A stretch of 64,000 nt of DNA from Haplodiscus bocki. Its lineage: Eukaryota. Position numbers and translations under genes: made by a program. The stretch's first letter is position 1; the number at the start of each line of letters is the position of its first letter. Below are positions 38,200-51,280 of the stretch, piece by piece. The notes beneath the pieces are model-generated. The model was not told the DNA's origin. It did no database searches and saw only the letters and a program-made list of their open reading frames with translations. The stretch spans positions 61,690,001 through 61,754,000 of the forward strand of contig OZ296655.1 of the NCBI GenBank assembly GCA_965655095.1. Direction: 5' to 3'.

Positions 38200-39985
38200 C
38201 GCTTCCTAATTCCAGCAGGAGAAAAAGTTTAGCCAACTGGTTGCGCTTCTGCGCGGCCAGGGAACGCGTTGAGCTTGGAATAGCACTTTCCGCCCATACC
38301 AGCCACCGATCTGATGCTGGTGCCCTATGGGCCTATCCCTTTGACAGTCGATACAGCTAACAGGCTGCCTTGGGAGAACACTACGTCCAACAGTCGGTGC
38401 GTCTGCTTTGTTATCAAACACTGGTGATGGCGTTTCCGTTTTTGTAATTGCAGTAGAATTGTCATCCAATTTTGGTTTCAGTGATGTCACTTTCATCATT
38501 TCATGAGCTTCGGCTTTTTTCTGTCAATCAGTCGTTGAATTGTAGCAATGTAAGACGGTTCCACTTGTTTGTAACGGTGTGCATGGCCCATGCTTCTTTC
38601 CAATTGGAAGGCATTTTCTTCAATGTTTGGCCCAATAGGGTTGCAATTTTCAAGTTTTGGACGTAGTGAAGCGATCGAAACACACCAACTAGTGTCAAAA
38701 ATGTTGCATGGTAGCTGCATAATTTCACTTTTGTGCATTTTCAGCGCGAGAATTTGACTCAGTTTCTCTAAGTGGGCAATTACCACAGCATGTGCTTGGC
38801 CAAACTTCCTCTGCAGCGTTCGTAAAGCGTCTTAGTACAAGGTGCCACAGTGTGCAAACTCTGCAATGGCGGTCTTTATTTTGCCGGTAACGAGCGTTTT
38901 CAAGTACGTCATCAGTTTAACATCGTCGGAAAGAGTGGCAGAGTCAATGGCCCTACTAAACTGGCCAAACCATTCATGCCAATAAGAAGGGTCGCCATTG
39001 TATTGGGATAGTTTCCACTCTGGAGGATGGTCTTTACTGGAAACTGCTAATAGTTGTGCAACGTCTTGAACTGTTGAACTCACAGGGGTTCCTGGTGCTG
39101 CGGGACCCATTGTTGGCACAAACGGCGGAGCGTTGATACTATTGGGCTTTGTTGACGTGAAGTTGCGATCGTTCTCGTGGAAAAAGGTGCCGTTTGAGGG
39201 GACGGGTTGCAATAGAAAATGGCGCTCCTGCACTCAACGGGTACTATAAGTTCACGTGTTCCCGCAACTTTGCTGCTAGTTACAACTGGAAATGCAAATG
39301 CGTCAGAAGTTACTATCGGCTGATGTAAAACTGGTGGCGACGGATTTGTGCAAAATTGTGAAGATCTGAGTGGCAAGAAACCTGTTGATTGCGATCGGTG
39401 CGGTAATTCGTTGCGGCGTTACAGTAGTTACAGTCGTTCTCGGTTGTAAAGAAGGAAAAATGCGTAACGGTACGGCTTGAACTGGATTCTATACAACCAA
39501 TGTTTTTGGATGCACGTGGGCAAAGTCGGATGGTGGCGGAGCAAACGAAGTCGGATGGTGGCGGAGCAAACGCGGTATCGTCGAGTTCGGAGGTTACTTG
39601 AGGCATGCTAAGACTAGTCCCTGCCGCACGCGATTGCTGTTGAAACAAGGGTGTTGGGTCGCGGTGTAGGTCGTCGAATTAAGCATCACTGATAATTACT
39701 CTTTCAGGGTTATTCGGCAAGAAAGTACCCAAAGGAATCAAGTGTATGGAAACGCACATGCTTGGAGCGCCATCCGCGACAAATGACAGCTGGCTTTGGT
39801 TACAGCTCTCATTTGAGCCGTTGTGTACCCAATCTTTCACTCTTCGGGACTCGGTTCCCCGGCTTGCCGCGCTAAGTTTAGACCAGGCGACTTTCAACTC
39901 GTTTTCCTCCATGCTCTCAGGCAGACCATCGGTTAAGTGTATATTCGACGTTCTTGGTCTCACCGATTCTTCGTTTCATTCAGCG
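38200..39985 (-). pseudogene. gag: BEL/Pao LTR-retrotransposon gag fragment (DUF1759-like)
   Basis: EWKLSQYNGDPSYWHEWFGQFSRAIDSATLSDDVKLMTYLKTLVTG...; CIDC knuckle relic near 38350; P/S/T-rich upstream linker. Confidence 0.85.
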
Positions 39986-41965
39986 ATGTAAACTGTACTC
40001 TAATTACCAGACAGGCATTTTCCAATTTTTTACCAATTGAATTCCCCAATTTGAGTAAATATGATGCGCATTTACATTTCACTAAACTAATTCAACAAAG
40101 AAAGAAAAGTTAAACTTGACTTTATCGCTGAAACTGATAAAAAGTATGCTTCAATTACTTATGGTTGCATAAAACTTATAGATTCATTCATTAATAAGAA
40201 CGAGAGTTTAGACACAATGGGGAAAACTTTGGAAGATGAGGACTTTATACAAGCAAGAAAAGTATTCCTAGACAGGTGGCAATTAGAAAAACAAAATATG
40301 GCTCATCATTATGAAGCGCTCAAAAAACTTAAAGATTATGACGAGCCATTATCAATTTTCAAAAGAGAAGGTTGTTATTCATCTTTAGCAAATGAAACTC
40401 TAGATACAGAAAATACAAATAAAAGAAGTAGAGAATTCAAACTTAAACCTGGACAAAAATTATCAGAAATTGAAATTTTGACAGATGTGTTTTTGGCAGC
40501 TGATGTCTTCCGTAAAAACTCAAAAGACTCTCGTTAAACTTATGGTTTAACTCCTTTTTGTTTTAGAGCCCTTTCAAGTTACATTTACGGATGTGCCGCA
40601 AAAAAACAACAGATTGAAAAACTAAAAGGAGAAGATTTGTTTTTACCCGTACAAAAAGATTTTAGAGGAGATCTAGCTGGTAGATTTAGACCACGTTTTA
40701 TTGGTAAAAATGGTACGTTAAAGATTTTTTATTTAGATGCAAAACCTTTTTATGGATGGTACACGATTCATGCCTTATATTAGGTGCATTTGAAAACATG
40801 ATAAAATCTTTGGATGAATTACTTACAAAAGCAGATGTTAGTGAAACTGGTTACTTTGTCGATGTAGACTTAGAATATACAGACGCTATAAAAAAACACG
40901 ATGTTTCCCATTACGTTTCGAATCTATAAAAGTTGACAAAGAGTTTTCCATTGATTTTAACATAAAATCTATGCCACATTATCATAGAACTGTAAATCAT
41001 CTGATTTGAAAATAAAGTGATAAAAAAATTGTTTTACGCACTAAAGAAAGTTATAATTTTACGAGGAAAAATGTATGAAAATCAAGAAGGTAAAAATGGT
41101 TGAGAAATATAAACAGAAGGAATGGTTGAAACCATATTTTAATTTGAATACTGAACTGAGATTAAAAGCCGAAAACAAATCTGGGAAAAATCTTTGTAAA
41201 AGTACGAGTGAAACTATCTGGAAAATTTGTAGATGATGTAGGAAAGAGAAAAAGAATGGTAACTGCAAGAACTGCTAAAGAACGTAATAAAATACAATAT
41301 AAGATAACGTATGATAATTTTAAACATTATGAAACAGAACAGGCTGCTGGCAACCCAATTACTATAATTTCTCTTAACAAACGCGAAATGACACTTAGTA
41401 AGCCAATAGGCGTTAATTTTACACTTTATGATTTATCAAAGTTATATTTGTATAAAACATATTATGATAAATTACAATCATATTTTGAAGAAAATAACTT
41501 GAAAAGTCATCGTATGGATACGGATTCACTCGTGATAAGATTTGGACAGATGATACAACTGCAGATTGATAGAAATTATAGAAAAATTATGATATGTTTG
41601 GTTTGAGCAATTTAGAGAATCATCCCGAACATATCATGAAAGCAATATAAAAGTTCTTGACTATTTCAAAACAGAGACACCAAAATCTTTTGAAATAAAA
41701 AAACTCACTTCCTTGACAGCAAAACCGTATCCTTTCACATGCAAAATTGAAAAAGATAACAAAACAAATTAAAGGAAACGCAAAGGCGGCATCAAAAAAT
41801 TGAAAAAAAAATTTTTCAATAAATATAAAAACTGTTTGGGAAGTAAACTCACGAAACAAAAAAATTGTTACTATGAGACACCATCGTCATCAACTGTATG
41901 TACGATCAAATACAACGAAGGATTGTCTAAGTTTGATGAAAAAAAATGTATAAATGCGATTGCGA
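39985..41965 (+). pseudogene. pPolB, 5'-truncated
   Basis: FPNLSKYDAHL (exonuclease), TDVFLAADVF, YLDAKPFYGW, GYFVDVDLEY, WLKPY, KPIGVNFTLYDLSKLYLY, RMDTDSLV. Confidence 0.92.
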
Positions 41966-42099
41966 AATGAGCCGTGGAATGGATGCATCCACAGTTATAA
42001 ATAACTTCCCTTTTCCATAATAGTTCATGTTGACGTGATAATTAGTTCCCAGTTTTTTATCGAAATAAAATTCAATGTGAAGGAAAAACAATACAAATT

Positions 42100-42905
42100 T
42101 TATAAATGAAACTTATGCCACAGCTCCAAAAATGAAATAAGTAATTGACAAAACCGATGCATAATTGGAGCAGGGATTTATCAGACTTGATTGATTCTGG
42201 TTCAAAAAATGATAAATGTTATAGATATCACTTAGTCGTAATTGTTAATTTCTCAAAATTCGGATGGACTGTCCCTTTGAAAAAAAAATGCGGAAAGAAC
42301 AAAAGATTCTTTTGAAAACATCCTGGAAACTTCAAAAGCAACACATAATTCGATTGAGACTGATGATGGAAAAGATTTTTTATGCAAAATCTTTACCGAT
42401 TTCCCCAAAAACAAAAATATTGAAAGAGAAGTGGCTTTTTATCAAAAAAGAGCAGTTTTTGCTGGAAGATTGGATGGAACTATCAGAGAGCTTCCTCAAA
42501 AACTGTTTTATAAAAAAGCACTGGAAACTGGACAGATGAAATAATTTCGAAAAGAAAGCAACAAAAAAAAACAGAAAACAAGCTTCACATAAATTAACAC
42601 CATTTCAAGCATCTTTTAAAAAGAGTGAGGCTTTTGTTGTTTAAATCTATTGAAAAAAGGAAGAAAAAGAACCAAAATATAAATAAGAGATTTATTTATG
42701 AATGCAGACAAAAAAAATAAGTTTTCCAAAGGCGATACAACAAACTGGTTTTGAGAATTGCGCAAAACCAGAAAAAATAACAAGGACACGAAACCAAAAT
42801 ACCATTAAAAATATTTACCAGAGAGATAAAACGCAGCGTCGCTGCAGAAATCAGAATTAACAATGGAAGAAAAAAAATATGTTATGAAAGAACTGAACTT
42901 GTAAG
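42100..42905 (+). pseudogene. rve integrase of Polinton-2
   Basis: WSRDLSDL...YRYHLVVIVNFSKFGWTVPLK, IETDDGKDF, AVFAGRLDGTI. Confidence 0.88.
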
Positions 42906-42909
42906 CGCA

Positions 42910-43290
42910 ATATTTTTCAGAGTTTTCGTCTATCTTCAGTTTGAGAAACAAAGCCACAAGCGACAAAAAAATTAGAACAAGTAATAAAAAACGTAGGATT
43001 GATTACAGAGATGTATATGATACAGGATGAATTTTTGGCTATAGTTTTAAATTTTGCTATAGTCAATTTACAACCAAAAAAAGGAACACATTGGGTGTGC
43101 TTCTTCGACAGAAAAAACTTTGTTTCCTATGGATGCGCTCCACATAAGAACATTCCTCATTACATAAAAACCAAAAATGGAAAACGCATCTAATTGTTTA
43201 TCCAATTCGAAAAAATGTTTGTGGCAGTTATTGTCTTTATATCATTTATCGCATGCCTTTATGTTCAATGGATTATGAAACAACAGTGGT
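42910..43290 (+). pseudogene. Adenain-like cysteine protease
   Basis: IVNLQPKKGTHWVCFFDRKNFVSYG...CGSYCLY. Confidence 0.85.
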
Positions 43291-43559
43291 AAAGTTGTAA
43301 AACGATGAAGTATTATAAGCCAAACAAAAAGTCATGGATTGAACTTGTACCAACAGCAACAATCTTGCCAAACATGAATAAACAACAACACAAATATTGC
43401 AAAGAAGGTCGTAAATTGGTTTTAGACAAAATGGTCTCTGCTAAAGGATTTACAGAAAAGTGATGATAATCGCAAAGCGAACGTCAGCGAAGATGTCAAT
43501 TATTCTATTTCTGAAAAATGGTTCAATGTCAAATAACCCCCAATAACAAAAATGAAGCA

Positions 43560-44575
43560 CCTTTTTAGACACAGTAGAGCCATTGGATGAAGTAGAGGAA
43601 AATACTCAATTAAACGCTCAAGAAATAAGTGAATCCTAAAAGACTAAACCGACACAAAACTTTCATTTTGATAAACCTTCATTATTTCCTCAAAAAAGTT
43701 AAAGGCGACAGACGGATATACAAGTTTACAACACTGTTTAAAAATTAATTGAAGGAAATATTTTTACGCAATTTAAACCTGGTGAAAAAGAACGAGAGCC
43801 TGTAGATTTTGATAACTCCAAGAAACAAATAGACCAAAATGCTGTAAAACACAGGCTGCAAACTGAGAAATTTAGCAAATGAAAAAAGAAACGAAATTTA
43901 AAAAAAGTGAATACGAACTGGAAGAATATACTTTTTAATTGTCACATCTTGACTCTGAAGTGCCGGGAAGAAAATTTTTTGAAAGGCTAAAAGCAAAGAC
44001 TTATGGTCGGCATTACAGTAGAGAAGATCTTGATAAGTATTATAGAATGCAATTAACTGGTAAAGAAATTGAGTGTTTTAGGTGATCTTTATGTTGACGC
44101 AGGGACAGTAAATTGTGTTATGCCCGCAAAAAAGTTTCAACTGAATGACTTCAACAAGGCATTCAAAGGAGGTGTTGAATTTGAAGTTGATGAAAAAAAC
44201 AATTTTCAACAGCACATCCTGTGACTCTTTTCAATTCTAAATTGAAAGAAAGTTTAGGTTCTGCAGAGAAAAAAAATTCCGGTGGAACACATTTGAGTGA
44301 AAAACCTACTAACGTAACTGAAATTGCTAAAATACATTTGAAATGTAATTGTGTTGATAGATCAATCGTAAATAGGAGACCAGAAAGCATTTTTTTTCAG
44401 TCCTGGTGCTCCACCTGGTCCTTAAAGCTTCAAGGAGCCTACATCAATTTTGTTCAAGGAAGTGAACAAGGATTAAATTGGTGATATAACATGTTACTTA
44501 GAAGTTGATGACAGTAATAAAGTCGATTTAAACGGTGAAACAATAACGTTATGGTTACTTTTTTTCAACGTAATT
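43560..44575 (+). pseudogene. Minor capsid (penton-like) protein
   Basis: SEKPTNVTEIAKIHLKCNCVDRSIVNRRPESIFF...ITCYLEVDDSNKVDLNGETITL. Confidence 0.7.
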
Positions 44576-44584
44576 GACAAAACA

Positions 44585-44997
44585 TGACAGATTCAGAAGT
44601 TAACCCTATTGTGTAGGTTGTAGACATCACTCATCCAGAAACAATATTAAGCCAGCTATATCCTTTAACAAAAAACTGGAAAACTGGAAAAGATGCTAAG
44701 TTATTCAAAATTGGTTGTAGTAAAAGTCAAAGAACGAAAACTCAAATAGTTTCTTTTTTTACAATTGAAGCTGAGGGATTATACAAACTCTTTTAAAACT
44801 GAGGAAACAGAGAAGCAAAAACCGCTGGAAATATAGCTATTGAAATTGCTAAGGATCCAACTAGAGCATTAGATTTTGCCGCAGATTTATCAACTGCTGC
44901 CGCAACTGGAAATCGCAAAGCAAAAGCAATAACTGCTCTCTCGGTTTTAGAATTCATTCACCGGGGAAAACTTTTGTATTTGAGAAAACTCCAGTAA
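44585..44997 (+). pseudogene. Small basic Ala-rich ORF (candidate virion core protein)
   Basis: EAEGLYKLF...AIEIAKDPTRALDFAADLSTAAATGNRKA...HRGKLLYL. Function inferred only. Confidence 0.4.
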
Positions 44998-45989
44998 ATG
45001 AAAATCATTGTAGAGTTATTCTTTATAAATGGTTGTGATAAGGAATCAAGAAGAATAAGAAAGGCTTCAGTTGTTTAGACAATTTAAGGAAGAACTTTTG
45101 AAGAAAAAAGTGAAAGAAAATCTGAGCCAAAAGAAATTCCATCATGACAGCCAACAATTTCCTGAACTAACACTAACGAGCAGAAAAAATTCACTTGAAG
45201 AAATGACAAAGTGAATAACAGTAGGAATTGAAAAAATAGGAAAAACCATTCCTAAAGGACTAGAAAAATATGATGAAATAACTGACGGAATTATTGAAAT
45301 TTTAAGCAAACCTACCAATTCAAATGTAATGAACGCTACTACTGTTTATGTTCTTGCTGATCTTATGAATTCCAAAAAAGTCGATCTAGTTTTTTTCATA
45401 GTGATGGGAACAGATATACAATAAATCCACATAATCTGAAAAAAGTTATAACAAAAGAAAAAGATGTAACAGTTTACGATAGCAATGGTATGGTAAATGC
45501 TCATAATATAAGTCGTCCAGAACCTATTTAACTACTATCTAGCACAAAGTTTGAAACTGATAGCTTCCTTGATGAATGTTTATCAGAAAGTTTTCACATG
45601 GATGTCGGCTATGACTCGAAATATGGTGATAAGAAGTCAGATAGATACTGTGTGATTAAAATGTAGGAGAAAAAAAAGAAGTGAGAAAAAGAATAAAATG
45701 TGGTTCTTTGAAGAAACGTAAAGGAGACAAGTTAATTTTTATTTCTTTATACCTCCAATTTTAATGAATTAGTGGATAGATTAAAACTAATTTTTCACAA
45801 AAAAAGCTGAAATTGATGCCAAAAAACAACTGCTGAAATAATAGCAATGGTTGATACGCCTTTTCAATATGATTTTTTAGGAAAAGAAGATCATGCTAGA
45901 AAGCTTCTTTCCGCAAAAATTTGAGTTTTTTCAAAAAAGATCAGTTATAGGTTTAAAAACTTTTAATACTTTTTTTTTAATTTCATTAC

Positions 45990-46650
45990 AAATACAAGGT
46001 TTTTCTTCATCATCCAACATACTACTATTAAGATAACCCTATTTTCAAATCCATGCTTCCTTACAAAGCAGTTCAAATTCCTGATAACTCAAATCAATCC
46101 CAGCTATATCAGTGATTGAACTTTGTGCTGTTTTTGAAGTTTTTATTAACAAAATATTATACTAGTTTTAACTCCAATTAGTAACAGTAGCTCGAAAAAG
46201 CACTGTGATTTATATTACCCATCAACAATTTCATGTCTTTCGTGCTTAAAAAAACAGAAAAAAGTCTGTTCGTTTGTCGTTTGTTTTCTATCATACTATC
46301 AAAAACAACAACGCAATCTTTAAATTAGTCAATTGCAGATACTTTTTAAGTATTATAATCACGATATTGATTGGGCGATCTGCCTAAAGTTTTTTTTCAG
46401 TTGAATTTTTAAGCTCACCTTATAGAAGTTTCTTCATCATGAGATCTGCGTTTCCACAGAAACAAGGACCGACATTTAGTGTTCGATTAATAGATATCTC
46501 ATGTCGGCTTTGCTGACTGTTCGCAAAGCGAACTTTTTCAATCTGGCTCAGAGAGCCATGGTCAGTCTCCGACCCACGTTCATTTTTTATTTTGCGTTTA
46601 CGTTTTTTATGATCACTTAATTTAGTTTTGTTGATGTCTTTTTTCAAAAC
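45990..46650 (-). pseudogene. A32/FtsK-HerA-like packaging ATPase
   Basis: RTLNVGPCFCGNA (degenerate Walker A), DCVVVFDSM (Walker B, ~46290-46318), FFKHERH...KSQ (degenerate RGRH...SQ). Confidence 0.8.
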
Positions 46651-46879
46651 CTAAGCAATTCACTTTTTCATTAAAACATTTTTAAAATTAAATATTCCTT
46701 CTATTTTTTGTCTTGTTATAATAGAAATCGCCAAAATCAAGATTCTCATTACATTTTGTGCAATTACAACTAAAAGAAGAAATCGGATTCGTTTGGAATA
46801 AAAATGAAAAAACAGTCAATAATTGATTAAATCTCACTTTTTTGAAAGGTTTCGCATTCGGCGAAAATTATTATATCAA

Positions 46880-48108
46880 ATCAAAAATTCGTCTGCCATC
46901 TGAGTTAAAACTAATTATTCTATTAGTTAATACTAATGCAGAAGCTGTATAATCCAACGCAATAACAGCTCAAGTTCCATAAAATTTTATTACTACACTA
47001 ATCGGTTGTGCTGCAATACGCGTTCTTTTTGGTAACTAATATCAGGTACATAAAATATAACAGTTCACCTAAATGATTTCATGTCTATAAATGGTTTCAT
47101 TACACTATCTTCAGTGTTTTGAGGAAGAATTTTTCTATTCCATAATAACCTTCATGAGAACTATTCTTTGGATAATGAAAATTCTTATATATATCAGGAT
47201 ATCTATCACCTCCAAGTCAACAAACGGCACATGATACGGGCAACCAAACAATAAGAGAAAAATCACGAGTTTGTTCATCAACCGCTTTCCCTATATTCTA
47301 CGTTTACACAAGATGGTTTATTCCTACCGCTTTTTATTTCTAATTTAAAAGTCCAAGTAACATTATTGGGTATTCTTTTCCGAAAAACAGTGCGTTCTTC
47401 ATAGTATAACTCTGTTGGGGTTTCTAATAGCATTTGATTTGCAACTGAAAAATAATTATCGAGATTTGGTTGAAATTTTTCAGCAAACCATGATTTATCC
47501 CGTAAAACAACTTTGCTGGTGCAACTCCATTATCTCTCAAAATAACATTATCATTATTATCACGTTTTCAAAAAAGACTAAAACCTACTCCGTAAGTTAT
47601 TTCACCAGGATCAGCAAAATCAAAAATAAGATTTAACCTCATTTTGTTTAAAAAAATCCTTCTTGTTGTGCTTCCTTATTATTGGTTATTTCTTCTCTTC
47701 CTATTTTTATTTTAATTTGAAAACCATAAAGTAAATTAGTTGTCCCAGCAAAGGAAGATAAAAGTTTTTGCATTAAAGATGCTTTATGAAATTTTTGAAC
47801 CTTTTCAAGATGTTTATTCGAAGTTGTGTGAGTTTTGTTTCACTGAAAACAGCAAAACGACCAAGATTTATTAAAGAAACTGCACTATTTTTAGTATATT
47901 GTGTTTTAGCATCAACATTTTGTGTTACGTTAGAGCGAATTGAAAAAGAAAATTTGTGTACAGAAATGAAACTATCTTCACGTGGTATATTCATCTCAAC
48001 ATCTGACTTGTTATTGTTTGTAGTTGCGGAACTAAAAGGAACATATCTACAAAAACCTGATTCGTAAAATTCTCTCGATATTGTGTTGGTGTTTTTTAAA
48101 CTGAACAT
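46880..48108 (-). pseudogene. Major capsid protein
   Basis: MFSLKN...FCRYVPFSSATTNNNKSDVEMNIPREDSFIS...LINLGRFAVFSETKLT; position next to the ATPase. Confidence 0.72.
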
Positions 48109-48114
48109 TGTTTT

Positions 48115-48460
48115 ACATTGACTTGATTTGGAAATGGTTAATGCTGAAAATTAGTGCAATTCCACAATCAACACCTGCTGTAATTGAAACTACGAATAAT
48201 CCAAATCGAGTTTTACTAAGTGTTATTGATGTGCTTGTTCAACCAAAATATTGGGAGAATGAACCATAGTTAAAACTTTTAAAATACTTTTGAATCTGTT
48301 GCATTTCTTCTTGAAACTTTCAAAATCTTCTTCGAAAAAACTTTAAAACTTGATTGATGTTGTTTATAGAACTATTGAAGGTCTTGACTTCTTATATTTT
48401 TTAACTTTTAACTTCCTCCCATTTTTGAAAATCCTTCAGTTGACCTATCTCAAGGTGGAG
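48115..48460 (-). pseudogene. Small membrane protein relic
   Basis: TSTSITLSKTRFGLFVVSITAGVDCGIAL; homologue of 15560-16080. Confidence 0.55.
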
Positions 48461-49571
48461 TTTTTCATTGACTGATTGTTGTAGAAATTTCAGCTTCTGT
48501 TAATTTCATTCTGTGTTTTATATCAACCATAACTAATTTTTCACCTGCTTTCCGTTTATTATGCAATCATTGAATCAAATTTTTTTCTAGGTATTTCTTA
48601 ATCTAAATCTGACAAATAGTAAGATATACCATTTTTTTTAAATCTTTCCCATACTTTTCTTATGAAGTTCTCATCTTTGAATACTAAACAAGGTGTAAAA
48701 GCTTGGTCTTTCATTGGGAAATTTTCAATTAATCCATTATCAAATAGAAACTGTATTTAATTTTTTTTGATACTTTTTTCATTAAAAGACGTTTGTGAAT
48801 TCTTTTCTTTTTTTAATCTATCATTTTACTCTTACCAAGAATGTTATTTTTGCAGTTGACTTTTTCAATTGCTCGATTTTTGAACGGTTGACTTCATCAG
48901 CAAGCTTCTTTTCATCCAATTTATGAGTTTTCCATTCTCTCTATTTTCGTATGTGCTAAATTCCTATGAGACTAATGCTTTTCTTTCAACCCTTATGGTT
49001 TTTAATATGGTTTGTAACAATTCTTCAGTACAACTAAACTTGTGCATTGATCTTTTTAAATTGTAATTTGGATTCTTTCGTAAATCGGACTAAGTACGAA
49101 ATCAGATCATCTTTTATGTAATTATGATGACTTGTTAGTTAAATAAAAATTGTGAACAATTTCCTTTAATTATTATTGGATTTGTTTTTGTAGTTATTTT
49201 TATTGTGTTTTTTAAACGTCTTATCTAATAATTTTACTACTCCATCCGTTTTATCCGAAAATTCAATTAGATTCACTTGTTCCATACATTTCTTGTATAA
49301 TTTGCTCATGTGAAATTACTATTTTATCAGCTGAAAGGTTAATTTTTTTGTCTTTAGGTTCAAATTCTTTATCCATATTTTCGAAAGTCCCGCTTTTTAT
49401 ATCTAAAGAAAAACGCATGTTCATGAACTCTTCCTTGGATACATACCTTTCGACCTATTTGGGATCTGGTGTTGTTTGATTGACTTGGATAGTTATTAAA
49501 CAATTAGTTCCACATCTTTTTTTGTTTTTGGATTGTTTCTAATTCTTTCTATATATTCGCACACTTAGTTT

Positions 49572-49910
49572 TTACAAAAAAACTTCATCGAATAAATCTT
49601 TACCAGGAATACTCTCAGTCTCACAATTTCCTACCTTTACATTTTTGAAACCATCTTCAGAGCTCATCTTCTTTCTTCTAGTAGTCTTTCCATTGTAAAC
49701 ACTAAGCATGTTAAGTTGGTCACTATTTATTCCTGATTGTTGAATCTGAATAACGTAAGTAATCCGCCATTTGTTTTCCTGTAAATTTGGATTTTTAGAT
49801 TTAGTTTCCATAAATCCAGATATTAGATCTAGTTTATCTTGACGTGAAATCAAATTAACCTCAAGATTTCCTGTTTTAGAAGTTCTTTCTATGGAAAAAG
49901 TATTATTCAT
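49572..49910 (-). pseudogene. Small HTH-like protein
   Basis: MNNTFSIERTSKTGNLEVNLISRQDKLDLISGFMETKSKNPNL; homologue at 17200-17590. Confidence 0.5.
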
Positions 49911-51280
49911 TTAACGGAAAGAAAAAAAATGAAAAATCTTTCTAATCCTTCGTGAAACCTTTCTAAAAATCTGGGAAATTTTTACATGCAATTTTGTCAT
50001 AATTATGATTCGTGCAATTGAAAAAGATCAAATCTAAAAACTGAAAAAAAAAGATTCATTTGTTTGTTAAGTTTTTTGGAATAGTTGCAATGTGGTAAAA
50101 TCACCTGTTTCCACTAAAAATGATGAAAAAAGATAGAAAGCTGTTGTTAGTTTAATTCAGTCCATTGAGACTGGACTTTTGCAAGTTAATACACTTGGAC
50201 TGGTTAATGTTCAACTAAGAGTGCTGGTTAGGCTATTCCCTGTCTTAAATTAGAGATGGTTATGGTGCATTAGCTCAGATTCAGTGGTGTGTCCCATCGG
50301 GCGGGACTTGAGATGATGCACCGGCGAACCTGTACAAAAAAGTATAAAATTACGTTCTTTACCAGGAATGCTCGATAGAGTTGTCCAGTAAAGTTTTTTT
50401 CATTAAAAATACTCCAGCATAAAATAGAGCGAAAATATCGTCTGCCTACCACTGCTATGAAGTATGTAAATAGAAACATGTTTTTTTGTAGGTAATGTAA
50501 AAAGGAATCAATGCGCTTAAATCACAATAGTTTTTTTTCTTTTTTTGGCTGAGAAAAAATTTTGACTTGCGTCTGAATCTATATTGCGGATTGTATCACT
50601 GCTGATAAACGATCAAAAATCAGAAAAACACCATCAAAAAGCACTATCCCAGAGCCATCGTTGGACTAATGCGTTCGGGGAAAATCTTTGCTCTCAAAAA
50701 GTATGAAGGATTTTAGACACAAAAAGTTTCTTTTTTCGAACGACACATCGAAAAGCCTTTCACAAATTACCAAACACATGCAAAGTCTAAAACCTTTTGG
50801 CAAACTCACAGCTTCAAACATGTGGAAGCTGTTAAGGATTAACTTTCGAATCTCAAAAAACTAGAAGGCCTACATTTAGTTCCGTGATAAACATTTGTTT
50901 CAACCTAAAGTTTTCCATGATCTTGCTAAATGCTCTGCACCAAAAGAAAATTACAAAAGTAAACAACGCTTCGACAACGCCGTTTATTCCCGGTTCTAAG
51001 AAGAAGCGTCTACACACGGTCTGAAGTAGCAAAAATTCCGAGAACACGGAAGGTTTTCAGTAGTTTCTTCCATGAAAACTAAGCCCGAGGCACCGAATTT
51101 GATCGCAAAAATGACCGAATCAAAATTATAATGATACTCTGCGTGGAATGAGCTTTCCTTGCAAAACTTCCCTAGTTCCCTTTGGAAAAATTAATGCGCG
51201 CCACTGCCGAGTGTGCCCAATTTTGAATTCAACAACTGAATAGATTACCATTCACCAGCCATGAGAAACCCAAAGTGTCT

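Larger units (their letters stand above)
39985..49950. mobile_element. Second Polinton/Maverick (Polinton-2): both termini missing, decayed
   Basis: pPolB(+), INT(+), PRO(+), mCP(+), three small ORFs(+), ATPase(-), MCP(-), TM(-), HTH(-). No TIR motif found. Confidence 0.9.

Noticed and set aside
39524-39572. Tandem duplication AGTCGGATGGTGGCGGAGCAAACG
   Set aside because: Ordinary local duplication in the low-complexity BEL gag linker.
50283-51206. DNA transposon with CAGTGG...CCACTG ends
   Set aside because: Only a short imperfect inverted match and no TSD.
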